NCBI GenBank assembly: GCA_016287875.1
Contig: JAEEXQ010000005.1
Coordinates: forward strand, 5,909 to 69,908
Direction: 5' to 3'
DNA: 64,000 nucleotides
Source: Bacteroidales bacterium
Lineage (GTDB): Bacteria > Bacteroidota > Bacteroidia > Bacteroidales > UBA932
The notes under the pieces are model-generated. The model did no database searches, was not told the origin of the DNA, and was given only the letters and a program-made list of their open reading frames with translations. Made by a program: the position numbers and the translations under genes. Of the stretch, positions 18,101 through 27,723 are shown piece by piece. Within the stretch, counting starts at the first letter, position 1, and each line of letters begins with the position of its first letter.

Positions 18101-19918
18101 CTAGCTGAGCGGCGAGTCGTTGAGGATGGTATCCTGCAGGTCTTCAGGAAGGACTTTCACCAGCGAGCGAAGGTAATTCTTGGGGAATTCTTCGAGCTTG
18201 AGGAGGATGAGTCCGTCCAAAGAACAGTAGAACAGAGGATCCACGTTGAAGCAGATCAGGCGGGCGTTGTAGTTGAAGTATTTCTTCACCAGTACGGGCA
18301 GCCTGTGCTTGCCGTCGGAGATTGCGAGTATCAGCCTGTCGAGGTCGTCCACGGTCTCGATGCCGCAGAGCAGCTGGTCGGGATTGACCGCCAGGAAATC
18401 GGGCTTGAAGGCGTGGGTGGGCGTTGCTATCGCACTGACTTCGGGGCTGGAGTGCTTCTTCTTCAGGAAGTGTACCGTGAGGCTCTTGTAGAGGTCGGGA
18501 AGATCGTCGCTGATGCTGACGGGACCTAGGAAATACCTGGACTCGGGGAACTTGGCCGTGGAGGCGGACAGGCCGGTGAGCAGCAGCTTGAGCGCGAGCA
18601 CCTCCCTCTGATACTTCTGGCGTATGAAGGTGCGGCCCAGCTCTATGCACTGGGAGAGAAGCTCTTCGTTGCCGGGGGCGAAATTAAACATCGTGGAGGT
18701 GTAGAATCCGCTTATTCCCTGATGGTTCTTCACGAGTTCGGACCCTACTCCTAGCCTGTAGGCTCCCACTATTTCACCGTTGGGTATGTTCCAGAGTATC
18801 AGATGATGGTAATAGGGGTCGAATTCGTCGGTATCCAGGGCCTTGCCGGTACCTTCACCTACGGCGCGGAAGGTCTCCTCGCGCAGGCGGGCCAGTTCGG
18901 TCATCACGTGGGGGATGCCATCGACGGTGGAAAGATAGCAGCGGTAATCTCCGACTTCAAAAATGGCCCTGTCTTCGATCGCGGCCATCTCCTTGCGTAT
19001 GATTTCGTCCGGAACCTGCTCGGCGATGGGCACTGCCTTGATTTCCGGGACTGCCTTCTTGACCTTCTCGGGCAGGCATTCGGCTTCGAGGGCGTAGGTG
19101 CGGTTGCGCAGATACTGCCCGAGTTCGGGAACGTCGTACCTGCTTATCTCTTCGGGGGAGATGGGTTGGCCTATGCGCACCTTGACGTTGGTTCCCTTCT
19201 TGTTCAGGAGCTCGTGGATGAGCCTGATGGTGCGGAGGCGGGGATGTATCTTTCCGAGGAAATGGAAGAACTTGGAGTTCGTGCCTTCGAAATAGATGGG
19301 AATGACGGGGAATCCGGAGTTCTTGATGAGCTTGATTATGTTCTGGGCCCAGGGCTTGTCTTCTATGACCTTGGCGTTACCCACGGCCGTGCGCTTGTCT
19401 TTCTTCTGATAGGTTGCGACTTCGCCTGCGGGGAAGAAGCCGAGGGCGCCTCCGTCGTGAATGTGCTGGAGAGCCATACGTATCCCCTGGATGCTCTTGG
19501 CGCTGCCGCCTTTGCTGAGGTTGTCGACGGGCATGAAGCTGCTTCTCAGGCTGGGGATCAGTGCGAGAAGGAAGGTGGTGAGGATGCGGTAATCGGGCCT
19601 GATGCTACCTATTACCGAGCTGAGTATCAGCCCGTCTATGCTTCCGAAATGGTGGTTGGAAACGGTGATGAATCCGCCTTCGAGGGGGATCCTCTTGAGT
19701 TGCTCTTCTGGGATCTCGTATGTGACTCCGACTTCCTGGAGAATCTTCTCGGAGAAGGCGGGGCCGTCGTAGGCCATATACTTTTCGTGGAGCTTGTTTA
19801 TCTTGTCTATTTCCAGGAAATGGAGTATGCGTCGGGCGATAAAACGCCCAAAGGCTCCTTTGAGTCCAAGGGAGTTTTGCAGGTCGGTTTCAGATACTAC
19901 GTACTTCTGTTTTTCCAT
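18101..19918 (-). CDS. Bifunctional PlsC-like O-acyltransferase + GNAT N-acyltransferase (OlsF-like aminolipid synthase); start reassigned to MEKQKY
   Basis: N-terminal NHHFGSIDG and FPAGEV acyltransferase motifs; C-terminal RLREETFRAVGEGTG...DEFDPYYHHLILW...GAYRLG and IELGRTF OlsB-like motifs. Confidence 0.75.
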   Translation of the reverse strand: MEKQKYVVSETDLQNSLGLKGAFGRFIARRILHFLEIDKINKLHEKYMAYDGPAFSEKILQEVGVTYEIPEEQLKRIPLEGGFITVSNHHFGSIDGLILSSVIGSIRPDYRILTTFLLALIPSLRSSFMPVDNLSKGGSAKSIQGIRMALQHIHDGGALGFFPAGEVATYQKKDKRTAVGNAKVIEDKPWAQNIIKLIKNSGFPVIPIYFEGTNSKFFHFLGKIHPRLRTIRLIHELLNKKGTNVKVRIGQPISPEEISRYDVPELGQYLRNRTYALEAECLPEKVKKAVPEIKAVPIAEQVPDEIIRKEMAAIEDRAIFEVGDYRCYLSTVDGIPHVMTELARLREETFRAVGEGTGKALDTDEFDPYYHHLILWNIPNGEIVGAYRLGVGSELVKNHQGISGFYTSTMFNFAPGNEELLSQCIELGRTFIRQKYQREVLALKLLLTGLSASTAKFPESRYFLGPVSISDDLPDLYKSLTVHFLKKKHSSPEVSAIATPTHAFKPDFLAVNPDQLLCGIETVDDLDRLILAISDGKHRLPVLVKKYFNYNARLICFNVDPLFYCSLDGLILLKLEEFPKNYLRSLVKVLPEDLQDTILNDSPLS

Positions 19919-19982
19919 AAGGTATGGTAAACTACTGAACCACAAATTTAGCAAAAAATTCCCAATACCGCATATCGGAAGG

Positions 19983-20018
19983 AAAAAAGCCGGCAGGATT
20001 TAATCCTGCCGGCTTTTT
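19983..20018. terminator. Intrinsic terminator downstream of tRNA-Val (symmetric)
   Basis: AAAAAA-GCCGGCAGGATT-T-AATCCTGCCGGC-TTTTT perfect GC-rich hairpin with A/T tracts on both sides. Confidence 0.85.
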
Positions 20019-20095
20019 GGTGGGACCTAGCAGATTCGAACTGCTGACCTCTTGCGTGTGAAGCAAGCGCTCTGAACCGACTGAGCTAAGGTCCC
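20018..20095 (-). tRNA. trnV: tRNA-Val (anticodon CAC), CCA encoded
   Basis: Reverse strand GGGACCTTAGCTCAGTCGGTTCAGAGCGCTTGCTTCACACGCAAGAGGTCAGCAGTTCGAATCTGCTAGGTCCCACCA; anticodon stem CTTGC/GCAAG, TTCGAAT T-loop. Confidence 0.97.
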
Positions 20096-20179
20096 TTGTC
20101 GTTTGGGGATGCAAATATACGATAAATTTTGATTCTTCCGCAACTCCTGCCTAAAAAAAAGCACCCAAGAGCCCAGGGA

Positions 20180-21346
20180 CTAAAGCAAACCACATTCCTT
20201 GGCCCTGGAAATCAGTTCGGGAGTATTGGAAACATCGAATTTCGCAATGATTTTCTTGCGGTACCACCTTATGGTTTCGTGACTTAGATTCACAGCCTCG
20301 GCTATCTCCAACGCAGTATAACCCTTGGAAAGCAGGTCGAGTATCTCCCTCTCGCGGTCGTTGAGCACGGGAATGTCCTCCGGAGCTACGGAGGGTGCCC
20401 CGGATGCTGCGGGAACACGGTCGCGGAGATGCTTGCGAATGCGTATTATCAGCACGGTTGCGGCGGCTATGAGCAGTATGGCCAGTATTATGAATGCCGC
20501 GAACTGCTTCTTCTGCCGCGACAGCACGTCCTCGATGAATTCCAGGTTCTCGGTGCGGAATACCGGGCTCAGATCCGGGTGGCCCGCATAATAATCCTGT
20601 GCGTTCCGCAGGTATGGAAGTGCTTTACCGTTCTGCCGCCTTTCAGCATAGTAGCGCCCCAGGCCCTTCCATGCCATTACTATGTACAGCGAGTCCTTCG
20701 ACTGCCCGGCATAGTCCAGAGCCTTTTCGTAGGCTTCTTTGGCTTTCTTGTATTCTTTCAGGTCCAGCCAGGTCTCGCCGATGTTATAGTGAAGGATGGT
20801 GTTGCTTTCGTTCCAGCCGTATTTATCGAAGATCTCACCTGCCTTGGAATACCAGGCCATGGCTTGCGGGATGGAATCCATCTCATTGTAAAGATTCCCT
20901 ATGGCTCCGTAAGTTGCCGAGAGGGCGTCATCGATAGCCTTTTCGGTATCGTCCATACGCTTGATGCAGTCCAGGGCCTTGAGATAGCAGACCTTTGCGC
21001 TGTCGTGCTGACCGGCACCGTAGAAGTTCTGGCCCAGATAACGGTAGGCATCGTAACTGGCTTCTTCCCATCCCTTGGGCACGCTGATGGAAAGGGCCTT
21101 CCTGGAGTAGAAGTTGCTTTTTTCGCCGTTCAGTACGGAATACCCTCTCATCAGATCGCGGTAGGCCCTGTTCAGTTTGGCCAATTCGTCGTCGGATGCT
21201 TTGTCGATCCTGTCCGGAGTCCAGGGGGCGACGGCACGCTCGAGGGAGTCTAGTCTCTCCACCCTCTGGTCGTTGTAGGCCTGAGAGCGCGGCGCGACCG
21301 CTGCAAGCAGCAGGACAAGCGTCAGGATACGGATTCGTTTTTCCAT
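20180..21346 (-). CDS. Membrane-spanning TPR + LuxR-type HTH regulator (start reassigned to MEKRIRIL)
   Basis: Signal-like N-terminus, TPR-like repeats (YGAIGNLY, YNIGETW, AWKGLGRY), one TM helix, C-terminal LNDREREILDLLSKGYTALEIAEAVNLSHETIRWYR. Confidence 0.85.
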   Translation of the reverse strand: MEKRIRILTLVLLLAAVAPRSQAYNDQRVERLDSLERAVAPWTPDRIDKASDDELAKLNRAYRDLMRGYSVLNGEKSNFYSRKALSISVPKGWEEASYDAYRYLGQNFYGAGQHDSAKVCYLKALDCIKRMDDTEKAIDDALSATYGAIGNLYNEMDSIPQAMAWYSKAGEIFDKYGWNESNTILHYNIGETWLDLKEYKKAKEAYEKALDYAGQSKDSLYIVMAWKGLGRYYAERRQNGKALPYLRNAQDYYAGHPDLSPVFRTENLEFIEDVLSRQKKQFAAFIILAILLIAAATVLIIRIRKHLRDRVPAASGAPSVAPEDIPVLNDREREILDLLSKGYTALEIAEAVNLSHETIRWYRKKIIAKFDVSNTPELISRAKECGLL

Positions 21347-21467
21347 ATTGCAAAAATATAAAAAATAGGGAAGATAAACTCCCGCTATGCATATTTCCAC
21401 CCTTTTGAGTGGTGTTTAAGTGCTTGTGGCACACTACCTTTGCGGGTAACATAATTAACTACAAACT

Positions 21468-21677
21468 ATGCCGACCTATCCTAAAATTCAGCTTACCAAA
21501 CAGGAAATACGTATCCTGACTTTCGTCGCCGAAGGGCTTACCACACCTCTCATAGCGGCGCGTATGTGCCTAAGTCCCGAAACCATCAAATGGTACAGGA
21601 GGCGCATAATGCAGAAATTTTCCGCCAGTACATCCGCCGAAGTGGTGCGCAAGGCAATCGAAGAGAACATTATCTAA
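21468..21677 (+). CDS. Stand-alone LuxR/GerE-type HTH protein (69 aa)
   Basis: LTKQEIRILTFVAEGLTTPLIAARMCLSPETIKWYR; TACCTTTG promoter box upstream. Confidence 0.85.
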   Translation: MPTYPKIQLTKQEIRILTFVAEGLTTPLIAARMCLSPETIKWYRRRIMQKFSASTSAEVVRKAIEENII

Positions 21678-21689
21678 AACAATGATATC

Positions 21690-22979
21690 ATGAAGAGATT
21701 ATCGATCTTTGCATTGGCCCTGCTGTTTGCCTGCCATAGCGCAAACGGACAGGGGCTTCTCCGCAATCTTGGCGAAAGGGCCAAGAGCGTAGTCGAAAAC
21801 AAAGTTGCCGAAAAGGTAGAAAACGTCGTAAGCAAGACGGTCGACAAGGCCGCCAACAAGGCTGAAGAAAAACTGAAAGGTAAAAAGAAGGCCGATGCCC
21901 CTCAGCAGCCGGAGGTCCAGCAAAGCGTACAGCCGACCGAACAGAAGGCCGAAGAACCTGCAATGGAAACTAAACCGGCAAAGAAGGTCGCTTCGTCGTT
22001 CGCCAAGAGCGATTTCGTGCCCGGCGACGAGGTCTTTTTCGAAGACAATTTCGAGAATGAGAAACTCGGGGAATTCCCTTCCAGGTGGGAATTGCTGGAC
22101 GGCTATGCCGAGGCGGCATCATTCGCCGGACGCAAGGTAATAGCTTTCACCGACGACGGACTCGGTTCGGTGGGGCCTCTGATGAAAGACAGGCAGGCCT
22201 GGTTGCCGGACGTGTTCACCGTCGAATACGATATTTATGTATGCGAAATAAATCCTGATGCAGGCGAAAGCATGCTTTTCTCCATCCGTTTCGAGGCAGG
22301 AGGACACGACAGCGGAGTGGACTTCTACTTCAGGGAAGATGGCTCCAGCTGGATGCAATGGGCGATATGCACCCCGGAAGGCAGGACAAGCGGCGGACAG
22401 AAAGATCTCTCGGCAGGGGAGAACAATCCTCTGATTCCGGGAGAATGGAACCATTTCGCTTTGTCCTTCAACAAGCGCGCATTCAAGGGTTATCTGAACG
22501 GAATACGGATCATAAACGCTCCTTCCATGGCAGCCCCTGTCCGATTATACTTCAACAGTTCGGGGAAATATCCTTATAACGGCATAAGCAACGTGCGTTT
22601 GGCCAAGGGTGCAGTGCCTCTATACGACCGCTTGATGTCGGATGGAAAGATAATAACCTATGCTATCACTTTCGAAACCGGCAAGGCCGACTTGAAGCCA
22701 GAGTCCATGGTGGAGATAAACCGAATAGCCAAACTAATGAAAGAGAATCCCAACCTCTCCTTCGAGGTTCAGGGGCATTGCGATGCCACCGGTTCCGATA
22801 AGGTGAACGACCCCCTGTCCCAGAGGCGCGCAGAAGCAATTGTTTCCGCCCTGGTGGACCTGGATATCGCCGAAGCCCGTCTCAAGCCGGTAGGCAAGGG
22901 TTCGCATTCTCCCATTGCCAGCAACAGCACCGAAGAAGGGCGTGCGAAGAACCGTCGTGTAGAATTCGTAAAACAATAA
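21690..22979 (+). CDS. OmpA family protein
   Basis: Signal peptide, K/E/A-rich segment, C-terminal ITFETGKADL...EVQGHCD...LSQRRAEAI...GRAKNRRVEF OmpA domain. Confidence 0.9.
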   Translation: MKRLSIFALALLFACHSANGQGLLRNLGERAKSVVENKVAEKVENVVSKTVDKAANKAEEKLKGKKKADAPQQPEVQQSVQPTEQKAEEPAMETKPAKKVASSFAKSDFVPGDEVFFEDNFENEKLGEFPSRWELLDGYAEAASFAGRKVIAFTDDGLGSVGPLMKDRQAWLPDVFTVEYDIYVCEINPDAGESMLFSIRFEAGGHDSGVDFYFREDGSSWMQWAICTPEGRTSGGQKDLSAGENNPLIPGEWNHFALSFNKRAFKGYLNGIRIINAPSMAAPVRLYFNSSGKYPYNGISNVRLAKGAVPLYDRLMSDGKIITYAITFETGKADLKPESMVEINRIAKLMKENPNLSFEVQGHCDATGSDKVNDPLSQRRAEAIVSALVDLDIAEARLKPVGKGSHSPIASNSTEEGRAKNRRVEFVKQ

Positions 22980-22983
22980 ATAG

Positions 22984-24123
22984 ATGAAAAAGATATTTAC
23001 CATTATGGCAGCCTCGATGCTGTTTTCAGTTACGGCCTTCTCGCAGGTGCCTGCGGAAAAGATAATCTCGATGACTCCGGGACTTCCAAGCGTCACTCAA
23101 CTGCTTGACTGCTACAAGGCCGCGGAAGATCCTTCCCACAACACCGCCCTCGAGAAGGATTATGTTTCCGATTTCCTGGAAGCGTGGGATGATGCCAGAA
23201 GCAAGATCAGCGATATGCGGGAGGCGTCCAAAGGCACCGGCATTCCGTCCGACATCATGAACGCGCAGACCCAGGGGGTCAGCGTGAAGCAGGCTGCCGG
23301 CATGACCGAGGCGGACGCCCGCAAGCTGGCGCAGTCCACAATGATGGGGCGCCTGGGCAGCATGGGCCTGGACGCAGGCGACCTGGCCAAGATGCAGTCC
23401 GGCAACCTCAGTGAGGCCGAGCAGCAGGAAATGGCCAACAAGGTGATGAAGTCGATGGGCGGCATTAGTATTGAGAATATCCAGCAGATGCAGGGTATGA
23501 CGGACGAACAGCGGGCAGCGTACATGCAGTCTGTAGATCCTACGGGAGAAGCGGCAAGGAGGCTTGCTGCCAGCGAGGCAAAAAGCGCCAAGGAAAAGGA
23601 GCGTGGGGCTGCCTTGATGAATCTGGCAAATTATGACAGGAACATAATGGACGGCCTCAAAGCCGGGGAAAAAATGAAGGATGATGCCAGGGCCAAGGGA
23701 CTGGATATCTATGAGAGGAAGTACAGGGCCCGGGTGAGGGAACTCGAGAATGGAATGAAACAAGCTATCCAGGATGGGGCGTTCGAAGAACTGCCGGCCC
23801 CCGGAACCGAGGCCCGCTGCGCCGCTGCGGCCGAACGCTTCTGCCAGCTAAATTACCAGAAATTCGAGGTGCTCTGCAAATTCTATGAAGAATACATCCC
23901 TGTCTGGAGGAATGCAATCACAGGGGCGATGGAACACTTCAAGACCAAGGTGATGGACCAATCCCGGAACAGGGAAGCCTTCCGCAGTAAGATGTTCGCC
24001 CAGACCCGCAGTACCGAATATGCTGCCCCGGCATTCACCCCTGACGCGATAGCGATGGAATATTTCGAGATATCCAGGGATGTAGTAGATTATCAATTGG
24101 AACTGCCAAGCGATATGGAATAA
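22984..24123 (+). CDS. Secreted helical hypothetical protein (Met/Gln-rich centre)
   Basis: Signal peptide; 4 nt after the ompA stop; no motif recognised. Confidence 0.7.
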   Translation: MKKIFTIMAASMLFSVTAFSQVPAEKIISMTPGLPSVTQLLDCYKAAEDPSHNTALEKDYVSDFLEAWDDARSKISDMREASKGTGIPSDIMNAQTQGVSVKQAAGMTEADARKLAQSTMMGRLGSMGLDAGDLAKMQSGNLSEAEQQEMANKVMKSMGGISIENIQQMQGMTDEQRAAYMQSVDPTGEAARRLAASEAKSAKEKERGAALMNLANYDRNIMDGLKAGEKMKDDARAKGLDIYERKYRARVRELENGMKQAIQDGAFEELPAPGTEARCAAAAERFCQLNYQKFEVLCKFYEEYIPVWRNAITGAMEHFKTKVMDQSRNREAFRSKMFAQTRSTEYAAPAFTPDAIAMEYFEISRDVVDYQLELPSDME

Positions 24124-24143
24124 ATTCCTTAAATTTGGGCCCG

Positions 24144-24896
24144 ATGATCGACAGTTCAATCAAAGGGCCCTTTTTCATACGTCGCATGGATTCCGGCGGA
24201 GCCGTCAAGGCCGGCGACGGTGCACGGGAGTCTCTTCCGATGGTGGGTTTCATCTATCTCACATCGGGAGAAATACTCGTGGAGGTGGATGGACGCACCT
24301 TCCTATGCGGCCCCGGACATCTGATGCTCATCCCCGAAAACCGTCCTTTTGCCATTCTGCACTATTCCGACGCAGAGGGCTATAAGGGCGGATTCCGTTA
24401 TCTGCAGTTCCTGGGAGAACCCTTGCAGCAGGCCTTCTGGTTCGATGAGGCGGTGTTCGTAGGGGAGCTCTTCAATATGCTGGCAGTATCCTTCTCCCGC
24501 AACGACCTCGGCTTTGTCGAGAAGGGGGTGGAACTGCTGTTGACGCGGGTGAAAACCAGCGCCGAGACCCATCTGCCAGATGTCGTGTCATCGTTCCTGG
24601 ACGGGCTCTTTGCCAAGGATAAGACCATAATGTCTGCTAGCGACTATGCCGCTGAGGGGAGCGTGTCGCTCAATTATCTTAACAGGATGGTCAAGAAATC
24701 CACCGGCCGGCCGGTGAGTGCCTGGATAGATATTGCCCGCCTGAACCGGGCCAAAAGGCTGCTTGCGGAGAGTTCTGCGCCGGTCATCGACATAGCCTCG
24801 GCAGTAGGAATCCTTGACCAGGCCTATTTTGCACGCTTTTTCCGGAAACATACCGGGATGACCCCCTCTGCTTATAGGAAAACGATGCACGAATAA
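24144..24896 (+). CDS. AraC family transcriptional regulator (ATG at 24144)
   Basis: N-terminal cupin-like region; C-terminal YLNRMVKKSTG...IASAVGILDQAYFARFFRKHTGMTPSAYR. Confidence 0.92.
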   Translation: MIDSSIKGPFFIRRMDSGGAVKAGDGARESLPMVGFIYLTSGEILVEVDGRTFLCGPGHLMLIPENRPFAILHYSDAEGYKGGFRYLQFLGEPLQQAFWFDEAVFVGELFNMLAVSFSRNDLGFVEKGVELLLTRVKTSAETHLPDVVSSFLDGLFAKDKTIMSASDYAAEGSVSLNYLNRMVKKSTGRPVSAWIDIARLNRAKRLLAESSAPVIDIASAVGILDQAYFARFFRKHTGMTPSAYRKTMHE

Positions 24897-24961
24897 TCCT
24901 AATTTTGGCATCAAGCGTTATGAATTAATTGCCCATTATTGCGGATCTTTGCAGCCGCAAA

Positions 24962-27142
24962 ATGAGCACATTTCTTTTTACCATACTTATTGCCTTGGCG
25001 CAGGTGCCCGACACGCTGATCGCCCCTTCTACCGTGACGGCCCTGAAGGATCCCATAACCCTTGGGAAGGTAGCTTCGCCGGTGTCGCAACTACGTTCGG
25101 AAGCCCTTGAATCTTCTGGCATCTATCGTCCTAATATGCTGTCTTCCAGGGTCCCCGGCCTCCATATCCCGGATTACGGAGCATCCCTGACTTCTACCAT
25201 CTACCTGCGTGGCCTGGGCTCCCGTATGGAGAATCCGGTCCTGGGCCTCTATGTCGATGGATTCCCGGTCCTGGACAAGAATGCCTACGATTTTGATTGG
25301 GAGGGCATACGGAACGCCACCTTGCTCCGCGGGCCGCAGGGAACCCTCTACGGGAGGAATTCGATGGGAGGCGTGCTTTCGCTCCGCACCCTTTCCCCGT
25401 CCGACGCCGTCCGCCCGTCCGTCCGCCTGGAATACGGAACCGCAAATACACTGCGGCTGGGTTTCCTGGCTACGTCCGGCGAAAATGCATTCTCAGCCAC
25501 CTTCCGACACGGCGACGGCTTCTTCCCCAATACTTTCAAAGATGAACTCTGCGACCCCTACGACGGACTCTCGCTGCGCTGGAAATGGGAAAAACCTTCC
25601 GGAGAGGGGGACTATCTCAGCAATGTGCTCTATGCGGGACTCTCCCGGGAAGGAGGCTTTGCCTACGGCTTGTACGAAGATGGTGTCCAGCACGACGTGG
25701 CCTATAATGACGAAGGCAGCTATGCGCGCCTTTCCGTTCTGGAGGGATTCCGGCTGCGACACCGTTCGGAGAAGATAAGTACCGAGCTTTCCGCCTCGCT
25801 GCAGTGGCTGAGCGACGATATGCATATGGACCAGGACTATACTCCCAAGCCAATTTTTACCTTGAGGCAGAAGCAGGACAGCGGAGCGGGCACCCTGGAA
25901 CTCAGCTTCCGCAGGAATGACCTCAAGGCCGCCTGGCAGCCTGTGACCGGAGTTTTCGCTTTCTTCAAACTGAATCATTCTCTGGCGCCGGTGGAGTTCA
26001 GGAGGCAGGGAATAGAAAGCCTGATACTGGATAACGCCAACCGCAACATCCCCGAAGAAATAGGCTATCTGACCATAGCGGACCAGGAGATTCCCGTGCT
26101 GTCCGATTTCCTGATAGGGAACTGGAATGCCGCGGTATTCCACGAGTCCACCCTGCGTAAGGGGCGGTGGCTTTTCACCGCAGGGATACGCCTGGACTAT
26201 GAAGGCGGGCATATGGACTATGACTGCAAGACGACTCTCCACTACCGCTTTATGCCCTATATGAAGGCAGAGAAGGAATACAAGCTGCCCTACCGCGGAA
26301 GCCTGGACCATTCCCGCGTGGTAGCCCTCCCCAAGTTTTCGGTACTCTACGAAGCCGCCGAATGGCTGTTTGTCTATCTGAATGCAGCCAGGGGCTACAG
26401 GGCCGGCGGATTCAATACTCAGATATTCTCGGACATACTCCAGAACCTCACGATGAACGGTCTTATGAAGGACCTGGGAGTCTATCTGGTCAAGCCATTC
26501 AAGGGGATTGACGCCTCTGCGACCGAATATGATCCCGAATCCGCCTGGAACTATGAGGCCGGAGCCCGCATCAGGAAGGGCCGTTTCGGGCTGGAATCCT
26601 CCGTCTATTATATCGACGTGCGGAATCAGCAGCTCACCACCTTCCCTCCCGGGCAATCTATAGGAAGGATGATGACCAATGCCGGCAGGAGCCGTAGCAT
26701 AGGGGCGGAAAGCGCCCTTCAATGGAGGGGAAAGGATATGCACGGAGAGGTCTGCTGGGCCTGGTGCGATGCCCGCTTCGTGAGCTACGATGACGGCAAT
26801 GCCGATTATTCAGGCAACCATATTCCCTATGCTCCTGCGCATACCCTTTATGTGGGCGGCGGTTATACCTTCCATCTGGGAGAATATTCGCTGGTGGCGG
26901 ATGCTTCGCTCCGGGGGGCCGGTCCGTTCTGGTGGAATGAGTCGAATACCAGGAAGGAACCCCTGCAGCTTTATCTGGATGGCCGCCTGGCCCTGGCCCG
27001 CGGGAGATGGGAACTATACCTGCGCGGTACGAACCTTACGGATAACGGCGGGAGATGCTTCTACTTCAAATCCGTCGGCAACGAATTCTTCGCGAGCGTA
27101 AAACCTCGCATACTTATAACAGGATTATCCATAAAATTTTAA
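24962..27142 (+). CDS. TonB-dependent receptor
   Basis: Plug motifs (IYLRGLG, LGLYVDG, LLRGPQGTLYGRNSMGGV), ARGYRAGGFN, YDPESAWNYEAG, C-terminal Phe. Confidence 0.92.
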   Translation: MSTFLFTILIALAQVPDTLIAPSTVTALKDPITLGKVASPVSQLRSEALESSGIYRPNMLSSRVPGLHIPDYGASLTSTIYLRGLGSRMENPVLGLYVDGFPVLDKNAYDFDWEGIRNATLLRGPQGTLYGRNSMGGVLSLRTLSPSDAVRPSVRLEYGTANTLRLGFLATSGENAFSATFRHGDGFFPNTFKDELCDPYDGLSLRWKWEKPSGEGDYLSNVLYAGLSREGGFAYGLYEDGVQHDVAYNDEGSYARLSVLEGFRLRHRSEKISTELSASLQWLSDDMHMDQDYTPKPIFTLRQKQDSGAGTLELSFRRNDLKAAWQPVTGVFAFFKLNHSLAPVEFRRQGIESLILDNANRNIPEEIGYLTIADQEIPVLSDFLIGNWNAAVFHESTLRKGRWLFTAGIRLDYEGGHMDYDCKTTLHYRFMPYMKAEKEYKLPYRGSLDHSRVVALPKFSVLYEAAEWLFVYLNAARGYRAGGFNTQIFSDILQNLTMNGLMKDLGVYLVKPFKGIDASATEYDPESAWNYEAGARIRKGRFGLESSVYYIDVRNQQLTTFPPGQSIGRMMTNAGRSRSIGAESALQWRGKDMHGEVCWAWCDARFVSYDDGNADYSGNHIPYAPAHTLYVGGGYTFHLGEYSLVADASLRGAGPFWWNESNTRKEPLQLYLDGRLALARGRWELYLRGTNLTDNGGRCFYFKSVGNEFFASVKPRILITGLSIKF

Positions 27143-27145
27143 AGA

Positions 27146-27610
27146 ATGAAAACCAAGTATCTATTTATCGCACTTGCATTCGCCGCACTGGTCGGCTGCA
27201 ACAAAAACGAAACCGAAGAAAAACCTGTGGAAGCCAAAGCCGGCAATTACGTGGGGACATTCACTGCGGAGGCCAGTACGGGCACTTTAATCGAGGATGG
27301 CATAAGGGTCAATTTTACTCCCGACGAAGGTGGAAACACCTGCACCTTGATTCTCTATCAGGCCCGTTTTTCGCCCCGGATGCTTGTCCAGGTGGATGTT
27401 ACCATACCTTCCGTGAATATGGTCTGCGGAACGGACAAGATCACCCTCTCCTGCGACAACGTAGTGCCTCTGGCTCTGGGCGGTGAATTCACCAATTATA
27501 CGGTGAAAGATTTCCAGGGAGAGATCAAGGGCGGAAATTTCAGCTTCTCGACCAAATTCGGCAGCACTCCCACCACTTACAGCGGTACTTTGGAACAGCT
27601 CTCCGAATAA
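27146..27610 (+). CDS. Lipoprotein, calycin-like beta-barrel candidate partner of the TonB receptor
   Basis: Lipobox ALVGC followed by N/K/E-rich export-like signal; beta-strand-rich; 3 nt after the receptor stop. Confidence 0.65.
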   Translation: MKTKYLFIALAFAALVGCNKNETEEKPVEAKAGNYVGTFTAEASTGTLIEDGIRVNFTPDEGGNTCTLILYQARFSPRMLVQVDVTIPSVNMVCGTDKITLSCDNVVPLALGGEFTNYTVKDFQGEIKGGNFSFSTKFGSTPTTYSGTLEQLSE

Positions 27611-27723
27611 AAAGTGCAAAAAGTTGATTATTTTGGCCCGAAAATAAAAAAGATTTCTATTTTTGTGGGAAACAGGGAATTGTTATTTCGCCTGGGGAAA
27701 CAAATAAACAACTTTTTGCTAAA

